DNA of 38,301 nucleotides from Octopus bimaculoides (Eukaryota): positions 16,885,672 to 16,923,972 of the forward strand of contig NC_068997.1 in assembly GCF_001194135.2 (NCBI RefSeq), written 5' to 3'. The first letter of the stretch is position 1; each line of letters opens with the position of its first letter. Positions 10,971-21,605 of the stretch are shown one piece after another. Under the pieces are notes generated by a model, which ran no database searches, was not told where the DNA came from, and saw only the letters and a list, made by a program, of their open reading frames with translations. Both the position numbers and the translations under genes were made by a program.

Positions 10971-12496
10971 CATACATACATACATACATACATATATTCT
11001 TAAAATTCTTTAATTTTTTTTCAGCCTTAAAGAGCTGCTGCCATGCTGGGGCACCACTGTTGGCTGTGCTACACCATTGTTTGAAACCTCTTCTGATATG
11101 TGACATTTGGCGAATGGGAGAGTCTGATGCTGCTTGTCCCCATCCGTGTTTCCTGTCGTGAAGTAGGTTCATCTGCAACCCTTGACAGGAGAGGAACCAT
11201 ATATTTATATATATATATATATATACATACTGAAATTACTCTAAATGTAACACTTGCGAAAAATGCTGCTCAGTAGGGTCCAAGGTAGAACCATGTGGTT
11301 CCAGACCAAATTACTTAAGCCCACCTGCACTTATTGAAATATGTATTTATCTTTATATATTTGCATGTATCGCTACATACATACGTTCATACATACATGC
11401 TTACACACTGACATTCGCACACATATATATGCACACGTTTATATATATATATCTGTCGTGTGAGCGTGCGCGTGATTATGGATGTGTGAGCGTGTGTGTA
11501 TGTTTCTATGAGTATGTGCAAGTTTGTGCGAGTGTATTCGACAATAACAACTGACAGGGTTTAGAAATAAAAAGTCAAAACAGCTGTATCCGGTTTAATC
11601 AACGTGATTGTCCTATTTGCAATAAGACACTGTTAAAGCTTTAAGCATACGCAACCAAAACTATCATACACTCTCAGTTATTTTGCATACAATAGCGCAA
11701 TAGGTATGTACACACAAAACACCCCTCTCCCCAATACCACACAAACATGCTTACACGCTACTATGTATAGAATGAGGCAACGAAGTAGACACATAATCTT
11801 GCGCGAATGTGTACTCACACGTGCTGACAGAAACCCATCGCATATATATTCATGCATGCATATATACATACATACATACATATATATATANNNNNNNNNN
11901 NNNNNNNNNNNNNNNNNNNNNNNNNNNNNNNNNNNNNNNNNNNNNNNNNNNNNNNNNNNNNNNNNNNNNNNNNNNNNNNNNNNNNNNNNNNNNNNNNNNN
12001 NNNNNNNNNNNNNNNNNNNNNNNNNNNNNNNNNNNNNNNNNNNNNNNNNNNNNNNNNNNNNNNNNNNNNNNNNNNNNNNNNNNNNNNNNNNNNNNNNNNN
12101 NNNNNNNNNNNNNNNNNNNNNNNNNNNNNNNNNNNNNNNNNNNNNNNNNNNNNNNNNNNNNNNNNNNNNNNNNNNNNNNNNNNNNNNNNNNNNNNNNNNN
12201 NNNNNNNNNNNNNNNNNNNNNNNNNNNNNNNNNNNNNNNNNNNNNNNNNNNNNNNNNNNNNNNNNNNNNNNNNNNNNNNNNNNNNNNNNNNNNNNNNNNN
12301 NNNNNNNNNNNNNNNNNNNNNNNNNNNNNNNNNNNNNNNNNNNNNNNNNNNNNNNNNNNNNNNNNNNNNNNNNNNNNNNNNNNNNNNNNNNNNNNNNNNN
12401 NNNNNNNNNNNNNNNNNNNNNNNNNNNNNNNNNNNNNNNNNNNNNNNNNNNNNNNNNNNNNNNNNNNNNNNNNNNNNNNNNNNNNNNATATATATA

Positions 12497-12527
<31 letters not shown>

Positions 12528-12538
12528 GTATGTATATA

Positions 12539-12746
12539 TTTGTGTGTCTGTGTTTGTCCACCAACATCGCTTGACAACCGATGCTGGTGTGTTTACGTTC
12601 CCGTAACTTAGCGGTTCGGCAACAGACATCGATAGTATAAGTACTAGGCTTACAAAGAATGTCTTGGGGGCGATTTTCTCAACTAAAGGCGGTGCTCCAG
12701 CATGGCCACAGCCAAATGACTAAAACAAATAAAAGAATAAAAGAAT
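12539..12746 (+). mobile_element. SINE family A 3' half
   Basis: cttgacaaccgatgctggtgtgtttacg...actaaaggcggtgctccagcatggcc...aaaagaataaaagaata. Confidence 0.92.
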
Positions 12747-12831
12747 ATTTATATATATATATATTTATACGGGAGAGAGAGAAAGTGAGGGAGAGAGAGA
12801 GAGAGCGAAAAGTGAGAATGACATATTGACT

Positions 12832-12893
12832 TCAGATTTTGGCACAAGGCCAGCAATTTCTTGGGAAGGTGTAAGTGGATAATATGGACCCAA
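12832..12893 (-). mobile_element. SINE family B tail fragment
   Basis: ttttggcacaaggccagcaatttc...gtaagtggataatatggacccaa, the same tail type as at 4355. Confidence 0.65.
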
Positions 12894-12902
12894 TAGAGTT
12901 CT

Positions 12903-13000
12903 ATATTTAAGAGATGAGGAATTATTTATATTATTTACATTATTTACATTTGTCGGATGTCTGTCCTCATCTTCTTTGTTGTTAACACAACGTTTCAGCT
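12903..13000 (-). mobile_element. SINE family D, 3' half (hammerhead GAAAC side plus tail)
   Basis: Minus strand reads agctGAAACGTTgtgttaacaac...atgtaaataatgtaaataa. It completes the hammerhead started at 13265-13292. Confidence 0.72.
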
Positions 13001-13292
13001 TCTAAGCAACCTCCTTAGCAGACTGAGTGCAGATATGAATAGCATATGGGAACCAGTATAAAGGAAGGATAGGAAAATTTTAGATTTATAAGCCCTAAAA
13101 TTCACTCCATAATTACCTACGAGCAGATGACGTAGTGGTTAAGAGAGCGGCCTACTAACCCCAAGATTCCAAGTTCGATTCCAAGCAGTCACCTGAATAA
13201 TAATAATAATAGTACCATCGAAAAATACCTTAGGAATGAGAACCCAGGTTCGAAATTTCCCCAAGACACCCGATGAAGGCTGGAGCGTGATC
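12984..13292. ncRNA. Split minimal type I hammerhead ribozyme motif (probably inactive in this copy)
   Basis: Joining 13265-13292(+) to the reverse complement of 12984-13000 gives GACAC-CCGATGA-A-GGCTG-GAGCGTGAT-CAGCT-GAAAC-GTT-GTGTT. Stems I and II pair, and stem III is the palindrome AACGTT. Confidence 0.65.
13121..13292 (+). mobile_element. SINE family D, 5' half (tRNA-like head, (AAT)n, hammerhead CUGANGA side)
   Basis: A box TAGTGGTTAAG at 13133-13143, anticodon-like loop CTACTAA, B box GTTCGATTCC at 13173-13182, then gacacCCGATGAaggctggagcgtgatc. Confidence 0.82.
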
Positions 13293-13471
13293 TTTATTCA
13301 ACATGCGCTGTATGATAACCCGATTATTAATGAATAACGCAAACAATCTCTTGCGTGCGGATTGGTGGGAAACTTCAACTGCAAAAAAAAAAAAAAAAAG
13401 TTTGCTCCTATTTAAAGATATAACTACTCGCTGACGAGTATCTCCAAAATCCTTAATGACATATAATAATC

Positions 13472-13722
13472 TAATGCGCCCTTTTAAAGCCTAGTCAGGC
13501 TCATGAGCCCGATTTCCCGGTTTCTATGGCGTATGTGTTCCCCAGCCGGACGGGACGCCAGTCCATCGCAGCGTTACTCATTTTTGCCAGCTGAGTGGAC
13601 TGGAGCAACGTGAAATGAAGTGTTTTGCTCAAGAACACAACGCGTCGCCCGGTCCAGGAATCGAAACCACAATCTTACGATCATGATGCTGACACCCCAA
13701 CCACTAAGCCACGCGCCTCCAC
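13472..13722 (-). mobile_element. SINE family C, tail type 1
   Basis: Minus strand: A box tggcttagtgg, B box gtttcgattcc, core gttgtgttcttgagcaaaacacttc...ccactcagctggcaaaaatgagt, tail ctgcgatggactggcgtcccgtcc. Confidence 0.88.
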
Positions 13723-13977
13723 AATGGCATATAAGTATTTACTAATTAAAATCAAAATTAATGATTATATTTCACACTCATTGACTTGTACTATTGAAGA
13801 ACCATCATTTACCTCCCCAGCGGCACACAGTGATTCAACCCTGGCATGACAAGGTACTGTATGTATTTTCTACCCAGTAATTTTACTTGCTTAAGGTTCC
13901 ACTCATATTTCCATCATATCATCAGACCCCCGGCCACAAAAGTATATACTGGACAAAGCAATTCTCGGTAGATTAGG

Positions 13978-14265
13978 AGCATTCCGTCGGTTACGACGAT
14001 GAGGGTCCCAGCTGATACGATCAACGGAACAGCCTGCTCGTGAAATTAACGAGCAAGTGGTTGAGTGCTCCACAAACATGTGTACTCTTAATATAGTTCT
14101 CAGGAAGATTCAGCGTGACATAGAGTGTGACAAAATGGCCTTTTGAAATACAGACACAACTCATTTTTGACAGCTGAGTGGACTGGAGCAATGTGAAATA
14201 AAGTGTCTTGCTCAAGGGTACAACTCGTAGCTAGGAATTGAACTCGCGAAGCCACGCGCCTTTAC
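13978..14265 (-). mobile_element. SINE family C, tail type 2, with a deletion in the tRNA head
   Basis: Shares a ~65 bp core (14159-14224) with 13576-13641; the tail is unrelated. Confidence 0.85.
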
Positions 14266-14545
14266 CTTGGTAGATTATGACCGAAAACAAGACAAAAGCA
14301 AAAACAAAAACAAAAAGAAAAGAACAAGCTGGAAGCGATTTAGTCACATCTTAGTTTAGGAAAGTTGACGCTATCGCAAAAGAGCATCAATAACTTTGGG
14401 TGGGTCTTTGTTTCTTTTATATTACTGTAAATATGTTTCCTTTCCCGTGTGTGGACATACATCTGTGATCCGTGTAATCGCAAAAAAAAAAGAGGAAAAC
14501 AAGACATAAAACACATTTAAGTACCCTAATAAGTTGGTGCTTAAA

Positions 14546-14774
14546 GGCGGTGAGTTGGCAGAAACGTTAAAACGCCGGGCGAAATGCTTAGCGGTATTTC
14601 GTCTGTCTTTACGTTCTGAGTTCAAATTCCGCCGCGTTCGACTTTACTTTTCATTCTTTCGGGTTCGATTAAATAAGTACCAGTTACGCACTGGGGTCGA
14701 TATAATCGACTTTATCCGTTTGTGTCTTTGTGTGTCCCCTCTGTGTGTAGCCCCTTGTGGGCAGTAAAGAAATA
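14546..14774 (+). mobile_element. SINE family B, full length
   Basis: ggcggtgagttggcagaaacg (A box region), gagttcaaattcc (B box), tail agccccttgtgggcagtaaagaaata. Confidence 0.93.
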
Positions 14775-14945
14775 AGAAACGTTAGCACGCCGGGCGAAAT
14801 ACTTAGCGGTATTTCGTCTGTCTTTACGTTCTGAGTTCAAATTCCACCGAGGTCGACTTTGCCTTTCATCTTTTCGGGGTCGATAAATTAAGTAGCAGTT
14901 GCGTACTGGGGTCGATCTAATCGATTTGCCCCCTCCCCGAAAATT
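14775..14945 (+). mobile_element. SINE family B, second unit of a head-to-tail dimer
   Basis: Starts at agaaacgttagc directly after the first tail and ends in a different tail, gccccctccccgaaaatt. Confidence 0.92.
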
Positions 14946-17010
14946 ATTATGAGGCAACGTCGATAGAGAGTCAGGCAATACAACTCCAGCGGTTAGTTAG
15001 TACCATTAAAGTAGGAAGCTGAAATCCTACGGAGGTTAAGTTTGCTTTTCGTTTCCCAATATTGATAAAACGATGTACGAAAGAAATACTAGGGTAAATA
15101 TAATATTAATTTAAAACATTGAATCATATTGAAAATCAAGATGCTGCATTTATTGGCTACGAAGTGTTATAGCCAGCAGGTGAACGACTTTCAGTTCTAT
15201 AGAACATGATAAGTTTTACAGTTGGTAAATTATAGATCAGTTGGGCTCAACAGGGTTTTTTGTAAGAGCTTTTCTGTAAGATGGCAACATAAAGCTCTCC
15301 GGATTATATATCAACGATCAACGAAAGCTCTGTTTACTGGCTTTAAACTAGCCCCAATATAAGATACATACTTAAATGCATGTGTGTGAATGTGCGAGTA
15401 TGTATGTGCGTGTGTGTGTGTATGCGTGTGAAGAGGGGCATACATACACATATATATATCTACACAAATATATTATATTGTATATATGTGTTTATGTATG
15501 TTTATAAAAATGTAATACGTATTCATATTTTTCTCCGTATTTTTGATTAACCGTATATATATAAATATATATATGTATGCACATACATACNNNNNNNNNN
15601 TTACATATATATACACGCACCTACACATATATACACATGCTCATAAACAGACAGATAGACAAATAGACAGGTAGCGACAGATAGAGAGAGAGGGGGGCGG
15701 AAGAGAGATAGAAAAAGACACTGGGAGACAAAGAGAGATTGAAAGATAAGCAAGAAGAATGAAATTTAATACTAAATAGAAATAAAGAAATTACTGCAAA
15801 AAAGAAATAATAATAATAATAATAATGATAATAACAATACGAAAAGCATACATATAAATATAAATAAAAATGTGAATATTATCTGAACGTAATGCAAAAA
15901 TCCACAGCTGAGAAGTGGCAAACTTTCACATACGCAAATACATACATTCATACATTTGTACACACCCATACACTTTCAAGTAGAAAACAAAACAACAACA
16001 ACAACGCCAAAAACAACAAGCACACGTGTATATATATATATATNNNNNNNNNNNNNNNNNNNNNNNNNNNNNNNNNNNNNNNNNNNNNNNNNNNNNNNNN
16101 NNNNNNNNNNNNNNNNNNNNNNNNNNNNNNNNNNNNNNNNNNNNNNNNNNNNNNNNNNNNNNNNNNNNNNNNNNNNNNNNNNNNNNNNNNNNNNNNNNNN
16201 NNNNNNNNNNNNNNNNNNNNNNNNNNNNNNNNNNNNNNNNNNNNNNNNNNNNNNNNNNNNNNNNNNNNNNNNNNNNNNNNNNNNNNNNNNNNNNNNNNNN
16301 NNNNNNNNNNNNNNNNNNNNNNNNNNNNNNNNNNNNNNNNNNNNNNNNNNNNNNNNNNNNNNNNNNNNNNNNNNNNNNNNNNNNNNNNNNNNNNNNNNNN
16401 NNNNNNNTATATATATATATATATGCATATGTATGTATACACACATACATACGCCGCACAGATATGCATAAAAAACCACGAATACGCACAAAACATTAAG
16501 TTTTACTTAGGAGCTGATCTTTTGTCTTGTGTCTTTTTTAGCGTTGTGAATTGTTGTTGTTTTTTATATATATATTGCTTCAGTTTTTCTTTTTTCTTTT
16601 TTTTTTTTCAATAAATTTGCATCTGTTGCGTGGTTATTTCATGTACTTAATTTCTCTTTCTTCACTTTTCAACTTATTATATAACAGAGACTTATTTTCT
16701 CAGGCTGATATCATCATCATAATCATCATCATCATAATCATCATGATGATCATCATCGTTATAATCACTAGCTGAAGTTTAATAATCACAATCGTCGTCG
16801 TCGTTGTCGTCATCATCATAGTTAAAATAATTGTAATGCATAATATTATACTCCTTGTCAGGATATGCGTTCGAGTGTTATGGCTTGGAGCAAGTTTAAC
16901 TATGGAAGAAAATAGAAGGCAAAATCAAAGTCTTTGCACAATAAACTTAGTTCAAGGAATAAGCGTTCTAAAAACCTTAAGAATCGAAGAACTCGATGAC
17001 AGCATCACAA

Positions 17011-17370
17011 TCTGTGTGATAAGTAGCTTGCTTACCAACCACATGGTTCTGGGTTCAGTCCCACTGCATGACACCATGGGCGAGTGTCTTCTGCTATAGC
17101 CTCGGGCCGACCAAAGCCTTGTGAGTGGATTTGATAGACGGAAACTGAAAGAAGCCCGTCGCATATATTCATATATTCATATATATGTGTGTGTGTGTGT
17201 CTGTTTGTCCCCCTCACCATCACTTGACAACCGATGCTGGTGTGTTTACGTCCCCCATAACTTAGTAGTTCAACAAAGGAATAAGCCCTGGGGTCGATTT
17301 GTTCGACTAAAGGCGGTGCTCCAGCATGGCCACAGTTAGATGACTGAAACAAATGAAAGAACAAAAGAAT
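17011..17370 (+). mobile_element. SINE family A, near full length
   Basis: Head, core, internal (TA)/(TG) tract and tail are all present, with an internal deletion in the tail. Confidence 0.93.
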
Positions 17371-17664
17371 GGGCGCAGGGGTTAGCTCCTGCATTACTAA
17401 CTGTCTTCTTTAAGCTCAGCTAAACGATTGCTCCATCTTGGGGACGGAGGTAAAGAAAATGTTTGTTGCCAAATTGAAAAAATAAAGATGTCATGGACAA
17501 ACAAGAGGGGTCCAACAGGAATGAAAATAAAATTATAAACAAAATTCAAAGTTTATACGCTTTTAACACATATTGATCACGATAAACATAGATAAGAGTG
17601 AGTTTTAAGATAATGCGTCCGATTTCACTCAAATCATCATTAATTCTGGGGCACATTGTATTTA

Positions 17665-17751
17665 CTCGTCCGACCAAACGAGGGAGGGAACAAGGGTGGA
17701 GGCACTAATTGTAGGTGACGAGCGTAGCTTCCGGAAGTGGTCACGCGGTCA
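17665..17751. promoter_or_regulatory. Candidate promoter-proximal sequence with an ETS/GABP motif
   Basis: CpG-dense, GC-rich unique sequence with exact CCGGAAGTG at 17731-17739 and GGGTGGAGG, running into a gap. Confidence 0.33.
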
Positions 17752-18323
17752 NNNNNNNNNNNNNNNNNNNNNNNNNNNNNNNNNNNNNNNNNNNNNNNNN
17801 NNNNNNNNNNNNNNNNNNNNNNNNNNNNNNNNNNNNNNNNNNNNNNNNNNNNNNNNNNNNNNNNNNNNNNNNNNNNNNNNNNNNNNNNNNNNNNNNNNNN
17901 NNNNNNNNNNNNNNNNNNNNNNNNNNNNNNNNNNNNNNNNNNNNNNNNNNNNNNNNNNNNNNNNNNNNNNNNNNNNNNNNNNNNNNNNNNNNNNNNNNNN
18001 NNNNNNNNNNNNNNNNNNNNNNNNNNNNNNNNNNNNNNNNNNNNNNNNNNNNNNNNNNNNNNNNNNNNNNNNNNNNNNNNNNNNNNNNNNNNNNNNNNNN
18101 NNNNNNNNNNNNNNNNNNNNNNNNNNNNNNNNNNNNNNNNNNNNNNNNNNNNNNNNNNNNNNNNNNNNNNNNNNNNNNNNNNNNNNNNNNNNNNNNNNNN
18201 NNNNNNNNNNNNNNNNNNNNNNNNNNNNNNNNNNNNNNNNNNNNNNNNNNNNNNNNNNNNNNNNNNNNNNNNNNNNNNNNNNNNNNNNNNNNNNNNNNNN
18301 ATATTATATATATATATATATAT

Positions 18324-18362
<39 letters not shown>

Positions 18363-18999
18363 TACATTTATATAGATGTCTGTTTGTAGGTTTGTGTGTA
18401 TGTATATAATGTATATACATGTACGCATATATGTGTATATTTATATATATACATATATACACACATTGTGTGTATATATATTTACATGTGTATATAAATA
18501 TACATATATATATACGCAAGTTAGTAGAACGAAGCATTGATAGAAAATGAACAAACTTATTTGAAATATGTTTGAAATATATTACAACTCTGAAGACAAT
18601 TTCACTGCAGTTTACTGTGGAGAAAAAAAACCTTGCTTATGGTAAAAATTTTAGGGATACCATTACCAGCTTAAAGTGCTCACGTTACATTTTACACTTC
18701 TTTGATGTCTGCTACTGAAAGTTAGAGGGAAGATGAGGGACTGTATCACGTATTTTATAGTTCATCATCATCAACATATATCAGAGGAGTGAAGGATTTA
18801 TACAAATTGTTTGATGTTTATGGCTCGTCTTCTTTTTTGTATATCGCTTTAGTTGTAGCAAAGAAGTTGTATGTTACTCTCACCTTATCAGAAAGCTCAT
18901 TTATTTTCGTTAGAATTCTTGATGGATTCTCTAAAAGTAGGAATGATTCGTTGGAAGTATTATGCCTGGCATTGTACCTTTCTACAGCAGGACACAAAA

Positions 19000-19470
19000 A
19001 TGTTTTTTTTTAAGTGCTCTTCGAAAGTAGTCATCCACGCACTCTTGCCTCCAATGATGGGATGCGTTGCGTACCACATCTTGTGCTGTAGACAAAATGC
19101 TTTCATTTGCAGCCAATATACAACTGGTTTAGAAACAGCTGTAAAGTACTACTTCTGTTTTTCCCTTCCATCAGCACCGAGTTTATAACTAGTGATATTA
19201 TGGTCTTTTCTACGTCATTCTGGAGTGTACCTTCTACACTGAATCATTGTGAAATTGTACCTTCAGGATCTTTTCTGCTTTCCTGCAATAGATTATTAAT
19301 ATCTATATATCTCACTCGTAAATAGGTTATATGAATAGGTTATAAGTTGATTTCATACCTTGAGATTACCTGTTTATAGTTTGTTCTATTACATGTACAT
19401 CAACCCGACCGCTACACTGCCAAGAACCAACTATTATTTATGCAAATCATGCTACCCTCCCCTTCATCTC
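19000..19470 (-). mobile_element. Possible highly degenerate RTE-like LINE fragment
   Basis: Minus-strand translations IVGSWQCSGRVDVHVIEQTINR*SQ and AWMTTFEEHLKK resemble recalled RTE motifs YLGS..DG..D.E...RI..AS and RWxDxxxEDLKK. Many stops. Confidence 0.35.
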
Positions 19471-19659
19471 AGATTCTTGGTGCTTGGCTCGGCCTTAGCC
19501 TTCATTGTATCTGTACCTATTACCTCGTATCTCTGTCCTTTGACACCTTCTTACCTATTATTTTTACACATACACACACAGGCACGAACACACACACACG
19601 CACACCCCACACGCAAACGCACACACATATAGGTGTATGTATCCGTATAATACATACAC

Positions 19660-19719
<60 letters not shown>

Positions 19720-20132
19720 GCGTATATATGTACATATATATATATATACATACATATACATATAGGCATTCATATTTATACACATATATATGCACGCATA
19801 CATAAAACTTATTTTCACTTTTAATTGATTATTTGGTGGATTTTCTTTTGTTTGTTGTCTTAAAATTTATAGTTAAATTTTTGTCTAGTTTTCTAGGTCA
19901 TCTAAGAAAGAAACATGGATATAAATTATCAAATAAATAAATATGAGCGACACATGTTGAATATTTTCTCTGGTCGTCTTTGTTCTCATAATAAAGTGTA
20001 AGATTGTTTGAGTGTATATGTCATGACTGCGTGTATATCTATGTGCATACGTATATGTGCACATGCATTTCATATTTCAGTATGTACGTTTCGTATGTAC
20101 ATAAATACATATATACATACATACATACATAT

Positions 20133-20189
<57 letters not shown>

Positions 20190-21065
20190 TACATACATGC
20201 ACTTATATATGTATGTACATATTCACATATTAATGAACATATGTACAGGCATAAACATTCACATAATCACCGACACACACTCATACACACGCACACACTC
20301 ACATGCGTTCACACTCCCATATGGAGGCTTATGAGACAAATAGACTCCATTGCTCTTCCTGTTTAGTTTTATTTGGAGATTTAAGGCATGAAAAAAAAAA
20401 ATTAATACACTTTATACAGACAAGGTTTAATCACTAAAATCTCACTGAAAAGTCTTTTGTTAACTTGGGATCATCATCTTCTCGGTTCAAAGAATTAATG
20501 AATTCTGAAATTATTCTAGCTTCAATGATTTCTGCTTAACCCATTATCTTCTACTTAGGCTCCTGGGCAAAAAAATAGATAGTTGCATTTACAGCTCAAG
20601 AGTAATGATTGCAGGCAAACTAGAGGACAGATCTGGCTGCATCTTTTTCTGCGTGCATTGCTCATTACCGCTTTGCCGAGAATCCGGCAGTGTTGACGTT
20701 AAACCTGTTTCCGCTAAAGCGGGAACACTATGATAGGGTTATATATAGCGTAAACTATTCACCTACCGCGATCATATTGCTTGATTTGGGGACAGTTTAT
20801 GTAAAACCTTGTCATGTTTTTCTCATACATTTTTCTATGGGGGACTGACTTGTCCAAACACATCGTTTTATACTATTTTACTCTTCTATTTCTTTTGTTC
20901 GTGCAGACTGAAAACGATGCCCATTTTCCGTAATGAGAGTTTTATATTTTCTTTCGGTGTTACCTGTATGCATACATACATACAGACATACATACATATA
21001 TACGTGCATATATATATATATATATGCGTCCATATATATGCACATCTGTTGGTCTCTCGCTCAAC

Positions 21066-21241
21066 GTGGCTGAGTGGTAAGAAACTTCCTTCCCAAACAC
21101 ATGTTTCCAGGCTCAGTCTCGCTGCGAGGTACCTTGAGCAAGTGTCTTCTACTATAGCCTCGGGCCGACCAAAGCTTTGTGAGTGAATTTGGTAGACAGA
21201 TGCTTGAAGCAGCCCGTCGTATATATGTACATACATACATC

Positions 21242-21301
<60 letters not shown>

Positions 21302-21321
21302 ATGTATGTATNNNNNNNNNN

Positions 21322-21360
<39 letters not shown>

Positions 21361-21605
21361 ATGTATGTATGTATATATTTGTCTATACGTGTGTTTGTGT
21401 TTGTCCCCGCCGCCATTGCTTGACAATCAGTACTGGTGTGTTTATGTTCCCGTAACATAGCGGTTCGGCAAAAGACCGATAGAATAAGTACTAGGTGTAC
21501 AATGAATAAGTCCTCGGGTCAATTTTTTTCGACTAACACCCTTTAAGGTGGTGCTCCAGCATGGCCGCAGTCAGTGACCGAAATAAGCAAAAGACTAAAA
21601 GAATA
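21066..21605 (+). mobile_element. SINE family A, full length with an expanded internal (CA)n/(TA)n tract
   Basis: Head and core at 21066-21220, microsatellite and 10-N gap, tail at about 21390-21605. Confidence 0.9.

Noticed and set aside
11109-11119. GGCGAATGGGA, identical to the HDV ribozyme 3' end
   Set aside because: No upstream TCCCA partner for P2 and no P1/P3 could be built, so it is a chance match.
13121-13190. tRNA gene call for this and the other A/B-box heads
   Set aside because: No complete cloverleaf or acceptor stem, and each runs into SINE body sequence. These are SINE heads.
21280-21372. Direct duplication of (CA)n-tatatataatgtatgtat on both sides of a 10-N gap
   Set aside because: Typical unmerged contig overlap, an assembly artefact.
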